A DNA stretch of 64,000 bases from a virus, in the IMG/VR virus record IMGVR_UViG_3300025030_000067, positions 26,535 through 90,534 of that record, one strand, 5' to 3'. Shown here piece by piece: positions 36,449 through 46,907 of this stretch. Positions within the stretch are counted from its first letter, which is position 1. Every line of letters begins with the position of its first letter. The translations under genes were made by a program, and so were the position numbers. Below the pieces are notes generated by a model, which worked only from the letters and a program-made list of their open reading frames with translations, searched no databases and was not told the DNA's origin.

Positions 36449-38515
36449 CTATTGCGGTTCGCATTTCGCCCATCCTCTCTTTTCCGCTACGTGTTGAGCA
36501 TTGTCGCTTGGTGGTACCTTAACAGTGATGCCGCACTGCTCGCAGCGGTAGTGCTCGGGGTTGGCCTGCTGCGTCCAGTCGTGGACACCTTTAGCAGTGG
36601 CCTTCTTGGCCTCTGTCGCGAAATCTCCGAACGCTATGTTTCTGCCTTCGAGCTTGATGCGAGACAGTGCCAGCTCGCAGTACAGATCGGCATGCAGGAA
36701 GTGAGGGTCGAGACCGATGTTCTCGAAGACCATCCGGAACTTGCCCTGGCTCTCGTCGATCATCTCTTTGCGCCTGGCTACCTTCTGCAGGTGTACCCAG
36801 AACATCTGCTCACACAGAAACATAGTCACCGGGCGTCCGACGTTGTCCTGTACCGTTGCCTCGATGCCGCGTTCGTGCGGCTGTTCTTTGAGGCGGTGGA
36901 CATACTTCATCAGGTTCCACTCGATGCCGTGATACCGGGATATTTTCACGGTGTATTTGTTCTTGGTTTCTTCGCTACTTCTCTTTTCGCTTTGGTTGTC
37001 TTTTGGTCGGTCTCCCCAGATACAGATGTCATCGTCTCCCTTCTTGTCGTAGGAGTAGTCGGCCAGCCATACGCGACCTTTGTGGCGTTTTGCGAATCGT
37101 CGGGCTTCATTGATGTTCGGGAGTGCATCGACTACCGCAACATTGACGTCATACTGTTCCATGAGTTCGTCGCAGCGGTCCCATGGGTCGTCGGCGTAGA
37201 TCACTTCGATGTGAACGAGACGCGACTTACTCAGGCCGTTGTCGGTCTTCGGACCCCAGCAGCGTATGGTCACCACGTTAAATCCCCCCATCTGGTCAAC
37301 TCCCATGGCGCAGTTGCCTGCTTTGTTCAGCCATTTGAGGTCTGCGTTGACGGTGGCTCGGAGGATATCTTCGTTGACTATCTGGGATTCCGGCGCAAGG
37401 TATGCAATGCCGAGCTTGCTGTTGAAAAATTCTTGCAGGTCGGATGCTTCTTGGTATGCAGTCAGTAGCTTCTCTGCGTTCTGTCGGCATGAGAGTGTCT
37501 GCGGTATGTGGTAACCGATCACCTTGGAGGTCGGGTTATGCGGGATCCAGATTCCTTCCCTGGGGTTGTCGATTACTTCCTTGCAGACGGGGCAGATGTA
37601 GAACACGTTCGGGAGGTGGCGCAGGCTCGGAGTGACGCCGGCTGACTTCTCGCCGATGCAGTTCGGGAACACGTCGGCCAGCACCACTCCGTCGCTGCCT
37701 TTGCATTTGCACTTGCTGTGGAATCGGTGCTGGTTACTGCGCTTGTAGTATTTGTCGATGTTCGCGTCCGGGTAGCCTGCCGTGCTGAACTTGAAATCGA
37801 TAGGGTAGGGGCTGTGGCTGATACGCTCCATAGCTCGGTCGATGTCGCCTTCCATCATGCGGCGTACTTCGTCGAACAGGACGCCGAGCATTGGTATTGA
37901 TTCGGTCGATGTCTTTCCTTGCATGTAGGAGAAAAATACCTGCGAGGCTCCGAGCGATCGCACTCGTTTCTGGTCGGTACGGCGCTTCTCTCCCTCGTCA
38001 GCGGTTGGGTCCTCTCCCCATAGCGGCTTGATCTCCGGTATCGATCGCACGGTTGGTTTGAACCGGACGTCGGAGAAGATCATCGCCATTGCCTGGTCGG
38101 GCAGGAAGTAGCCGAAGTATTTCCCCCAGAACCGCATCGCCAGCCAGACGAGCAGCAGGAATCCGCCGATGGTCTTTCCTACCTGGGCGCCACACATCCA
38201 AACCGCCTGCAGTCCTTCCTCGTTCTTGTCGCCGGTCAGCTGAAATGCCTTGTATGGCTCCAGCAGGTATTCGTGGCCTTCCCATGTGAACGGCTCGTTG
38301 TCTACCTTGAGCGTCGGGCGTATCTTCTCGACGAAGCTGTACAGATCGTCCGGGCAGTCCTTGGCGATAGATGGCATTGTTGAAAATCGGCTATCATCTG
38401 ATATCAGTGCCCGTTGCCGAGCCACCTTCCGGAGTTCCAGATGGTGGGCGAGCATTTGTAAATACTCGTCGGGGTATGTGCCTTTTTTATTCGATCTGTT
38501 TGCCGTTGAGCGCAT
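36449..38515 (-). CDS. Terminase large subunit (gpA-like)
   Basis: MCGAQVGKT Walker A, VLFDEV Walker B, MGVDQ nuclease motif, Zn-binding cysteines. Confidence 0.9.
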   Translation of the reverse strand: MRSTANRSNKKGTYPDEYLQMLAHHLELRKVARQRALISDDSRFSTMPSIAKDCPDDLYSFVEKIRPTLKVDNEPFTWEGHEYLLEPYKAFQLTGDKNEEGLQAVWMCGAQVGKTIGGFLLLVWLAMRFWGKYFGYFLPDQAMAMIFSDVRFKPTVRSIPEIKPLWGEDPTADEGEKRRTDQKRVRSLGASQVFFSYMQGKTSTESIPMLGVLFDEVRRMMEGDIDRAMERISHSPYPIDFKFSTAGYPDANIDKYYKRSNQHRFHSKCKCKGSDGVVLADVFPNCIGEKSAGVTPSLRHLPNVFYICPVCKEVIDNPREGIWIPHNPTSKVIGYHIPQTLSCRQNAEKLLTAYQEASDLQEFFNSKLGIAYLAPESQIVNEDILRATVNADLKWLNKAGNCAMGVDQMGGFNVVTIRCWGPKTDNGLSKSRLVHIEVIYADDPWDRCDELMEQYDVNVAVVDALPNINEARRFAKRHKGRVWLADYSYDKKGDDDICIWGDRPKDNQSEKRSSEETKNKYTVKISRYHGIEWNLMKYVHRLKEQPHERGIEATVQDNVGRPVTMFLCEQMFWVHLQKVARRKEMIDESQGKFRMVFENIGLDPHFLHADLYCELALSRIKLEGRNIAFGDFATEAKKATAKGVHDWTQQANPEHYRCEQCGITVKVPPSDNAQHVAEKRGWAKCEPQ

Positions 38516-38993
38516 CTTCGATTTCCTGATCTGTCATTTCGTGGATTGGTTTCTTTGGAATCTCAAGCGTGAGCGTATTCTTGCGCCCACTGATCCGTTC
38601 GAGGTAGAAGTGGAGTGATCTTTCGCTACCTGCAAGTGCCAACGACAACAACTTTTGGCTGCATGCTGCGGTGCCTTTTGCCCTCCCAACCTCCAACGCC
38701 GTAACCAATTCAGGTAATTCATTTTTCTTTTGGCAGAAAACTTGATGCGTGATACCCGATAGGGCGGCGATTTCCTTGTCCCATAATCCCTGTGTTGCCC
38801 AGCTCTCTATCTTTCCATAGTCAGGTATCCATGGTTTTCGTCCGCCGCCTTTACCCTGTCTGCTTTTCTTTTTAATGTCCGGTTTTTTGTCTTGCTTTTT
38901 CTTTTGTTTTTCAGGTACTTGTGCCTTGACTGTTGTTTTCTTTGTCGAAGTCTTTGGCGCTTCTTTCGCTGGTGTTGTTTTCTTCTTTTCCAT
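38487..38993 (-). CDS. Putative terminase small subunit
   Basis: GRKP...GLWDKEIAALSGI HTH; directly upstream of terL. Confidence 0.7.
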   Translation of the reverse strand: MEKKKTTPAKEAPKTSTKKTTVKAQVPEKQKKKQDKKPDIKKKSRQGKGGGRKPWIPDYGKIESWATQGLWDKEIAALSGITHQVFCQKKNELPELVTALEVGRAKGTAACSQKLLSLALAGSERSLHFYLERISGRKNTLTLEIPKKPIHEMTDQEIEDALNGKQIE

Positions 38994-39027
38994 GGCTTAC
39001 TCCTGTTACGTATACGCTACAGCGATA

Positions 39028-40499
39028 TCACTTCTTTGCTCTCTGCTTCTCAACCTCAGAGAAAGGTATCAGCTTCCCCTTGTCGCCCATCAGCATCGGT
39101 TCCTCGCCGCAGTAGTCGAAGTATCGCTTGAGGGATGCTTGTGCATACCCTGGACTGAACTCCATGCCTCTGCCTTTGCGGCCTGATTTGCGGCAGGTGA
39201 CGATGGTGGTGCAGAGCCCGAAAAGAGGTCGAGCACGATCTCTCCGGGGCGGCTGCTTGATCTCACGTTCCGCTCCACGAGTCTGACTGGCTTCATGGTC
39301 GGGTGTATTTCGCTCTTGCCTGGCTTGTCGATTCTGATGATTGTTGTGGGCTGTGCGTTACGGACTTCTGTCAGGTGTGCAATGAGCTGTTTCTTGTCGA
39401 GCTTGGAGAGATCGAGGTCATCGTCGATCACGGTGGTCTGCGTGAAGTCTCCGGCGAAGTAGTGAGCTGCCCCTGACTTCCATCCGTACAGGATTGGCTC
39501 GTGCTTGTTGTTGTAGTCGCTGCGTGCGAGTACTGCTGCGTTCTTTACCCATATCAGGCATTGCTTCCACATGATGCCTGGTGTGTTGCAGATCGCGTTG
39601 CGGAAAACGTCTCCGACCCCGCCACCTTCGGCATGAGCTACGTAGAAGCATCCACCTGCCTTGAGAGCGTGGTGCATGGACGAGAATACCGCCATGAGGA
39701 ACTTGCGGAAATCTTCCTCGTTGAGGTTGTCGTTGTCTATTTTTCCTGCCTTGGTTTCGTAGGCAATGTTGTAGGGTGGATCCATCCAGACGCAATCGGC
39801 CTTATCTCCCATCATCAGCTTGTCGATGTCAGCGATGCTTGTGGAGTCGCCACAGAGCAGGCGGTTCTCCCCGAGTACCCAGAGGTCTCCGAGTTTGACG
39901 AATGGTTCTGGCACCGGTTCCACGTCAGGGTCTTCTTCGCCGAGCGTTTCTTTCTTGCCAGCGTCCAGTAGGTCTTTCAGTTCCTGTTCGTCGAATCCGG
40001 TCAGGCTCATGTCGTATCCGCTGTCGTTCAACTCCTGGAGTAGTTGCGCCAGCAGGTCATCGTCGAATTCTCCACCGTGTTGGTTGGCTGCAATGTTGGC
40101 CGCACGTTCCTTTGGTTCGTCCCAGGCTACTTCTCTGTATGAGAATTTGCCGTCTGGGGTTTCGATATAACCGATTGCGACGGTTCCGGTGTTGTCGGAG
40201 TGTTCTTCTTTGGTGATCGGCCATGACGAGTCAAGATTTTTCCCGCGCTGGTGTCCTGATACCAATCGTCCGGTTGTGCGGTTGAATACTACCCCTCCCA
40301 GATCGCCGAATTCCTTCATTGCCGCATTGAGCATCTCAAGCTTTTGTGGGGTGATCGTTCTGGGGTTGTATCCGCTGGAGCGAAGGTCAGCCGCAGTCGT
40401 TGGTGACATCTCTGTTGCCGGGGTCGCGAGGTTGCCCACGGTTTTATCTGGATCTTTCTTGCGTTTTACTTTGCTGCGTATCTTGGCTGTTACTGTCAT
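39028..40499 (-). pseudogene. ParB-N + N4/N6 DNA methyltransferase, frameshifted near 39212
   Basis: YNPR, VSGHQR (ParB); DPPYN, HPTMKP, VLDLFSGS; the natural continuation TTIVTCRKSGRKGRGMEFSPGYA lies in another frame and ends at TGA 39028. Confidence 0.75.
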
Positions 40500-41086
40500 G
40501 GTGATGGCTCCTTTGATATGTCTGCTGCAAATGTGAGGTCTGACAGGTATATTCCTTTGGTGGCGTTGCTGTATCTGCCTTGCAGGTACAGCCTGACCAT
40601 TTCAAGGCTTATTTCGAGCTCCTCTGAGATGCTTTTATTGCTTTTGCCTGCTTCCTTCATTTCAGCGATCTGCACTTTCTTGATCACCGCCTCTTCTGCG
40701 TAATACTGCCCCTTAAACTCGTCTGACCTGAAAGTGCGGCATTGTTTTATGTCGCCCTGTCTCATGTATCCAATGGTTTTCCTGTCCAGGGCTACGAGAG
40801 CGAATATATCGACGTCTTGAGAGGTGTATCTCTTCTGTTTGTTTTTGCCGTTGGTCTTGATGTGGAAGAAGTAGGCGGGTGTGCTTTCGCAAACTCGGTT
40901 GGCTGATGGATTCTTTTTTGCGGCCAGCGTGGTCTTAACTTGGATCTTGAGCAGTCTGCTATCTACATCTACCACCACGTCGTACGGGAGCCCTTGCTCT
41001 GACGGGTAGGCCACATATCCTTGCAGGATCAGGTCTGCGCATACGAGGTATTCACCTGCTTTGCCGATTTGTAATGCGTTTTCCAT
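40496..41086 (-). CDS. PD-(D/E)XK homing-type endonuclease
   Basis: GKAGEYLVCADL...PYDVVVD...IQVKT. Confidence 0.8.
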   Translation of the reverse strand: MENALQIGKAGEYLVCADLILQGYVAYPSEQGLPYDVVVDVDSRLLKIQVKTTLAAKKNPSANRVCESTPAYFFHIKTNGKNKQKRYTSQDVDIFALVALDRKTIGYMRQGDIKQCRTFRSDEFKGQYYAEEAVIKKVQIAEMKEAGKSNKSISEELEISLEMVRLYLQGRYSNATKGIYLSDLTFAADISKEPSP

Positions 41087-41115
41087 CCGCTTCTTCCTTT
41101 GTGGTTTAGTATACG

Positions 41116-41823
41116 CTACACACTGGCCGCAGCGGTATCACATTGTCCTTGCTTTGGCTGGAATCCGTTCTTGTGGCGACCTTGTGAATGAGCCTTTATC
41201 ATGCTTATTCTGATTTTCTCTCGGTGTTCTGGAGAATTAGTTTTCCCTTTATGTGCAATCCGCAATTTGTTTTTTTGTTCTTCGCTCATTGGGTTGTAAA
41301 TCCTGTTTTTTAATCCTTTTGCGCCTTTTTCTCTCATCGTCTCGCTAGTACATCGTTTCTTTGCGGCAATGCTCTGTTTTTCTCTTGTAGCTGCGGTCAC
41401 TGTTTTACCTTTTTGTGCTTTGCTGATTTGCATTTTTTGTTCATCTGAAATTGGTCCCATTGGATTCTTTTGGAACCTTATTTTCTGTGATGTTGCCATC
41501 TGGCTTCGGGTTTGTTCCCCGTGGGTTAATACTCCGCACCGGTTACTGGCTTGCATATTATTAAATGTTACGTCCGCTTTTAAAAGCCACACCCTTTCCC
41601 GTTCTCTCAAGTCATCCAGAGTTTTTACGGTTTCCAGTAAGAGGAACTCGAAGTCAGTGGCTCCATGCTTTGTCCATGACCTTTGCAGCCATGGGGCGTG
41701 ATGTTTTCCGCTGTTCAGATCAGATATGTGTTTGTTCCATCTCCTGCTAATGTTGACGGAGCTACCGATATATTGGATTCCAGTCGATATTTGTTTTATC
41801 GCGTAAATCCCAGCGATCTTCAT
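41116..41823 (-). CDS. GIY-YIG homing endonuclease with NUMOD3 repeats
   Basis: GIYAI...YIGSS; SEEQKxKIS..KGK repeats. Confidence 0.9.
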   Translation of the reverse strand: MKIAGIYAIKQISTGIQYIGSSVNISRRWNKHISDLNSGKHHAPWLQRSWTKHGATDFEFLLLETVKTLDDLRERERVWLLKADVTFNNMQASNRCGVLTHGEQTRSQMATSQKIRFQKNPMGPISDEQKMQISKAQKGKTVTAATREKQSIAAKKRCTSETMREKGAKGLKNRIYNPMSEEQKNKLRIAHKGKTNSPEHREKIRISMIKAHSQGRHKNGFQPKQGQCDTAAASV

Positions 41824-42218
41824 GCGTTTCTCCATCCTACTAACGGCTCTGGCAGAATCCAGAAGTGCCGCATCGATGCGACGTTCACAATATCCTTATC
41901 CATCGGCAGCACCTCTACCGCGTAAGCGTCACCGAGGCCGATTTCCCTTTTGATTTGCATCAATTCTTCCCAGCTGATGTCTTCTTCCCATGATCCGTAT
42001 TTCGACAGCATTGTGCGGCACACGGAGACGCGGATCACATCCGGGCTTTCTTGGTATACCTGTGCAAGGAACTTGTTGCTGCGCCATACCTCGATGATTC
42101 CTGGAGGTGTGTTTGCCGGCCAACCGTCTTTTGGTTGCACGGTCATTGTGGCGGGGTGTCTGCGGTTCTCGATTCTCATGGCGAGTCGTATCTGCTGGAC
42201 GCGTTTCTGGTTTTTCAT
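41820..42218 (-). CDS. Conserved phage hypothetical protein
   Basis: SWEELMQIK...AVEVLP...VNVASMRHFW. Confidence 0.6.
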   Translation of the reverse strand: MKNQKRVQQIRLAMRIENRRHPATMTVQPKDGWPANTPPGIIEVWRSNKFLAQVYQESPDVIRVSVCRTMLSKYGSWEEDISWEELMQIKREIGLGDAYAVEVLPMDKDIVNVASMRHFWILPEPLVGWRNA

Positions 42219-43006
42219 TTAGGGAACTCCTTGTATTCTTTGCCGTCGATTATCTCTGTCTTTGATTTCCCTCCCCATGATTTGAAGAAGAAGGCGGTGT
42301 TTGCTTGTTCGCACTGCTCTTTGATATCCATCACCCATTCCGGCTGCATCTGCCTGGCGTTGTGCCCCGTCTCGCCTCCGACTATTACCCAGTCCAGCAT
42401 GTCTGCCAATTTGGTTCGGTGTTGGTCTTCCAGTCCTCTGAATGGGTATCTCTTGAGCCCAGCGGCCAGTGTTATATATTCTTTGCCGAGGTCTAGTGGC
42501 CCCAGCAGTGGCTCTACGCTGATGAAGTGTTTGCCGGCGTATGTCTTGACCAACGGCACTATACGCTCGTCGGCATCCTGCTGGTTGGTGACCGTGACTC
42601 CCAGCCATACGAAGTCCGGCGTTTTGTCGAAAAACTTCCACTTATGCTGATCGAAGAATTCCTTCATTCGCTCTGGTTGCTTCGTCAGTATCTGGTAAAT
42701 GTGTTGTTGGTGGTGTTCAATTATGTCCATCACCCGGGAGACGAACTCGAACGGGATGGCCGGATCGAACAGATCGCCCATACTGTTGACGAATATCCGC
42801 TTTGGATTCTTCCATTGGCTGGGAATGTTCAGGCGCTCTTCGTGGCATGTGGGCTCGAAGCCGTTGCGGTATTGATGCTTTATTTTTGGGTTTGGGTGGC
42901 ACTTCATGCGTGTTGCGAAGGATTTTGCATAACAGTAACTGCAATCTTTGCTGCATCCTGTTATTGGGTTCCATGTGTGGTCTGTCCAGCTGATGCTGGT
43001 TGACAT
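42215..43006 (-). CDS. Gp37/Gp68 family (DUF5131) radical-SAM-like protein
   Basis: ISWTDHTWNPITGC..C..CYA, FVNSMGDLF, WVIVGGETG, FFFKSWG. Confidence 0.9.
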   Translation of the reverse strand: MSTSISWTDHTWNPITGCSKDCSYCYAKSFATRMKCHPNPKIKHQYRNGFEPTCHEERLNIPSQWKNPKRIFVNSMGDLFDPAIPFEFVSRVMDIIEHHQQHIYQILTKQPERMKEFFDQHKWKFFDKTPDFVWLGVTVTNQQDADERIVPLVKTYAGKHFISVEPLLGPLDLGKEYITLAAGLKRYPFRGLEDQHRTKLADMLDWVIVGGETGHNARQMQPEWVMDIKEQCEQANTAFFFKSWGGKSKTEIIDGKEYKEFPK

Positions 43007-43163
43007 ATCGCCTCCTGGTAATTTATTAGCGCCGGGAGGGTAGTGCTGGTTACCCTCCCGGCAAGCCCGATGCTGTTGCGATTGTACAGGCAGCGTGGGC
43101 TTCCACCGGCCAGTTAGACTGTCCAGCTGCCCATCACCTCCCCAGCAGAGCGGGTACTCTCGA

Positions 43164-43403
43164 TTACTTTGAAGCCTTGAATGTCAGTCCTGTTTTGGCA
43201 GCGATCTGGATCTCTGCGCCGGTCTGGGGATTGCGCCCCTTACGTGCTGCTCGGGTGGTCTGTTTGAATGTACCGAAACCTACCAGTGTCACCTTGTCGG
43301 CTGCCTGGATAGTTTTGGTAAATGCAGCTATCGTTGCTGCTGTGTCTTTCTTTGACTGTCCCGTCTCTTCTGCAATTGCATCAATCAGTTCTGCTTTTGT
43401 CAT
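43164..43403 (-). CDS. hup: HU-family DNA-binding protein
   Basis: MTKAELID...VTLVGFGTF...RAARKGRNPQTG. Confidence 0.9.
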   Translation of the reverse strand: MTKAELIDAIAEETGQSKKDTAATIAAFTKTIQAADKVTLVGFGTFKQTTRAARKGRNPQTGAEIQIAAKTGLTFKASK

Positions 43404-43440
43404 GGCCTTCTCCTTTTGCTGTGTTTTTTGATCCTGCTTT

Positions 43441-43671
43441 TTACGAGTGGCTGTTGATATAATCGATTGCTTCCTGCACGGTTGTGATCTTTTCAGCGTC
43501 TTCATCGGATATGACGATGTCGAACTTTTCTTCCAGTCCCATTATGAGCTCTACCTGGTCGAGTGAATCTGCGCCGAGGTCATCCATGAGGTTTGCTTCC
43601 GGAGTGAGCAGGGCTGCTTCTACGCCCAGCTGTTCTGAGATTACTTCTTTCACCTGCTCCGCTTTTGGCAT
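43441..43671 (-). CDS. acpP: Acyl carrier protein
   Basis: [41 protein letters not shown]. Confidence 0.9.
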   Translation of the reverse strand: MPKAEQVKEVISEQLGVEAALLTPEANLMDDLGADSLDQVELIMGLEEKFDIVISDEDAEKITTVQEAIDYINSHS

Positions 43672-43792
43672 TCGTTTTCTCCTGATGGGTTTATTTACGT
43701 CCGGGTCCGGCCTTTTCCTATCAGCCATTCGTACTGCGGTCCTACCCGGCTCTCTCTGGCGGGGCTGCCTGGCTGGCCCCTCTGGGTTTTTG

Positions 43793-44512
43793 TTACTGCA
43801 GGATGGTCGTGCCTTTCGGTAATTCTTCTTCCATCCAATCCTTGATGTTGAAGATGGCGGTGTTCTGCCAGTTTCCTCCGTCGGCTTCGAAGAGTGCTGC
43901 GGTTGTCCCTGCTCTGTCGCTGGACTTATTTACCCTGAACACGAAGGCTGCGGGTGGCTGCTCTACCTGAGTGAATGTCCGGTATGGCGCCAGGAGGATA
44001 GGGTTGGGAAGGATGGCGTTTTCTATCCTGGGGCCAGCCTTCACCGTTACCTGTTGCGATATACCGTCATCTACTGCCTTAACCGATGATTCGTCGGTGA
44101 TATTCCCGACCATTTTCAGCAGCGCTGCCGTGGTCTCGTCCTGCACGAAGTATGTCTGGAGCGCGATCATGAATTCATCCAGCGGCATGAATTGGCCGTA
44201 CCTGAATGTTTTGTGATCTATCTCTGCCGTGAGGTACGAGTGGCGCTGTATCCATGGGCCTTCGACCGTGGATACGACTTCGACCCGTTTGTGGCTGGCG
44301 ATGTGTACCACCGCGTTTGTTAGATCGATATTGTCCGGGTTCTGTCGGAAGTAGTCCGCGATACCTGTCAGTGTCGCGATTTTGATCTCTTCCTGGACTG
44401 GTGGCTTGATGGGCGACATTGATGAAAGAGTGTATTTACGACCGTCCACTTCTCTCGTTTCTGCGTTGCCTATCACTAGTTGCTGGATCTTCTCGATTGC
44501 TGCTTTAATCAT
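43793..44512 (-). CDS. Conserved phage protein
   Basis: DDGISQQVT...[13 protein letters not shown]...LFEADGG.W. Confidence 0.65.
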   Translation of the reverse strand: MIKAAIEKIQQLVIGNAETREVDGRKYTLSSMSPIKPPVQEEIKIATLTGIADYFRQNPDNIDLTNAVVHIASHKRVEVVSTVEGPWIQRHSYLTAEIDHKTFRYGQFMPLDEFMIALQTYFVQDETTAALLKMVGNITDESSVKAVDDGISQQVTVKAGPRIENAILPNPILLAPYRTFTQVEQPPAAFVFRVNKSSDRAGTTAALFEADGGNWQNTAIFNIKDWMEEELPKGTTILQ

Positions 44513-44515
44513 GGC

Positions 44516-44872
44516 TTAGTTGCCTCCTGCTGTTTTGAGGTGAACTACCTTACTTGGGGCTGTGTCCATCGGCAGCGACTGCTGTGCTGGGTTGTACTCG
44601 GTGGCGACCGGGCCGTCTTTGGTCATTGCGAGGAAGACCTGTGTTTCTTGCGGCAGGTCTTTGGCGAGTTTGGTGGTCATGATCGTTGTAATCGTGCCGA
44701 AGTCGCGGTTTGCGTTGGGCTTGATTTTGATCTTGATGGTGAGCTCTCTGGTCTCACCGGTTTTATTCGGATCCTGAATGTCCGCGTACAACTCTTTCAG
44801 TTTGAAGTCGGCCATCCCGACTACTTCACCGTTTTTAAGGTTTGCCAAGCTTACGTCTTCTTGTTCGTGCAT
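44516..44872 (-). CDS. Conserved phage protein, partner of the adjacent gene
   Basis: IQDPN...RELTIKIKIKP...TKLA; GGAGG RBS. Confidence 0.6.
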   Translation of the reverse strand: MHEQEDVSLANLKNGEVVGMADFKLKELYADIQDPNKTGETRELTIKIKIKPNANRDFGTITTIMTTKLAKDLPQETQVFLAMTKDGPVATEYNPAQQSLPMDTAPSKVVHLKTAGGN

Positions 44873-45087
44873 GTTGTTACCTCCGTTTTTATTTGTCTGC
44901 TGACCGGCTCAAGCCTTGTCCTCAGAATGATACTGGGCAGTCCACAGATCGGTGCAATTGTCGCTGCAGCAATATGCTTTGATTTTACCTTTGTGATTGA
45001 TGGCGACCGTTGCTGTGTATCCGTGGTGCATTTTCTTTCCGCATTGGCTGCATGGTTTGCTGCTGGTGAGTGCGACGTCTTTGCGTG

Positions 45088-46494
45088 TCATGGTTTCCGT
45101 TTTCCTTGTTTCATCTCGTAGTCTGGGTTGTCGTACAACCGTCCAGTGATTACGACCAGCGGGACGTGTTCTATCCCTTTGCCGGCGTGTAGGCGCCATG
45201 TTTTAATTCGGCGCTTGTGGGTGAGGCAGATCGTGAATGCTTCGTTTTGCGCATGGAGTTCGTCGGTCCTGTACCCTTCGAATGCCGTGTGTGTGCATCC
45301 CTCTACCTGACACTGGTTCTCTTTGTTGCTTTCTCTTTTTGCCTGGCTGGCCATCACGTAGTGTTCTTCGATATACGCTCCACAGAGGGTACAGCTCTTC
45401 GAGTGGGTGATATAAATGTGATTCCTGTTTTGGTCCTTCCTTAACCGGTAGGTGTACATCATGCCGCCACAGTTGGGGCAGGTCATGCATCCGGAGCAGG
45501 TTTTCTTAGTGCTATTGTGTTTGGCGCATGCGAACGTCCTGTCTCCGTTTTTCTTGTAGTGTCGGCAGTTCGGGTAATGGCCTCGGTCTTGGAGCATCCT
45601 TGCCATTCGTGCCTGTTCGTGTTCGTTGGGCCACCATCTGCGACCAGGAGTATCATCAAACACTTTTAGCTCCGTTCAGCCAGTCATTGAATTCTCTGAG
45701 TATTGTGTCAAAATCCTCCTGGTTAATTTCAGTGCAGCTTTCTACTCCCATGAGTTTTTTGAACGCATCTTTGCATTCCTGATCACATTTGATATACGCT
45801 CCAGTCTTCTCGGAAAGAAACGCGCTGAACCTCTGATTCTTGAAAAACGCTACGTGCAGTCCCTTGAGTGCCTTTGCATCTATTGTTCCTCGTTTGACCT
45901 CGACAGGCGCTTGTTGGCCTTCTGGCCGGATTGTCACAGTAACGAGTTGTCCTGTCATGGCCGTGAGCACAGGACCGTGTGATGCCTGGTGTTCGAATAC
46001 CGTTTCAACTACTAGAGAGAATCTCTTGCCTTTGCTCGGCACATCCACGATGAACGCCGGGTCTATGGTCAGGGTTGCGTCTTTTGTAACGAAGTCGACA
46101 ATCACCTTGCGATCTATCAGTGACGTGATGGCGGCTGCAAGCACCGAGTTGTCGGGGAGTTCTATGGTGCATCGCCATGCTTTGGCGGCTCTCATCCATT
46201 TACGCTCGATAAATGTGCAGGGGATATTGTTGGTCATGGGGCTGGATGACAAAGTGTGTTGCGGTCACAGTGTGTGCAGATGGTACTGCGCAGGGTGGTG
46301 TTCTGGGCTGCAGTTATCGCGGCCAGATACAAGTCGTCCAGCAGGGTTATTTGCTCGTGCATGGCGGGGCAATTCTTTTTGAGTGTTTCCTGTATTTCGA
46401 GGATTTGTTTTTCGATCGGTTCTTTGCCACTGTCTGCGCATTGCGCTAAGTGGTCGGTGTCTTCAAATGGGCATAGGGTTACTTTTGAAATCAC
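45088..46494 (-). other. Three hypothetical ORFs (45088-45663 Cys-rich, 45656-46252, 46234-46494)
   Basis: Overlapping consecutive ORFs in the leftward early operon. Confidence 0.5.
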
Positions 46495-46512
46495 TTTTGT
46501 TCCTCCGGGGTT

Positions 46513-46755
46513 TTATGCAGCTAGTTTTGTTTTTTTAGCTTTTCTGCGTCCATATTGTCCGCCGACCTGCATTTGCGTCAGAGCCTTTTTGACTTCCGCC
46601 TCAATAAACTTGTGAGGCTTGCCCGGAATATACGGTAAACGCCCACTGGTACAGAGGTTAGAGACGTACGTTCTGCCCCATCCGGTGAACCTCATAACGT
46701 CGTCGGTGTCCCAGAGCCTTTCAATTGATGCCTTGTTATTTTCACAATCGTTCAT
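46513..46755 (-). CDS. Excisionase/Cro-like HTH protein
   Basis: LWDTDDVMRFTGWGRTYVSNLCTSGRLP (HTH_17-like); divergent from CI. Confidence 0.7.
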   Translation of the reverse strand: MNDCENNKASIERLWDTDDVMRFTGWGRTYVSNLCTSGRLPYIPGKPHKFIEAEVKKALTQMQVGGQYGRRKAKKTKLAA

Positions 46756-46907
46756 AATATTACACTTTCACCTTTATTTTTTTATTAGCCGTGATATAAT
46801 TGCGTAAAGTTGAAACTTATTCGTGTTTTATAGCATTAAAAATAATGTGTCAACAGTTATTTATATGTCTCTCTCTTTTCTTTATTTACGGTTGGAGGGG
46901 AGGTGGT

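Noticed and set aside
36425-37468. Long antisense ORFs (also 5981-7000, 25216-26007, 57548-58495)
   Set aside because: Shadows of well-supported genes on the opposite strand in GC-rich coding DNA
45369-45803. Near-copies of the dispersed motif (GATATACGCTCCA at ~45370 and ~45791)
   Set aside because: One core mismatch and located inside ORFs; not counted, although they may be weak sites
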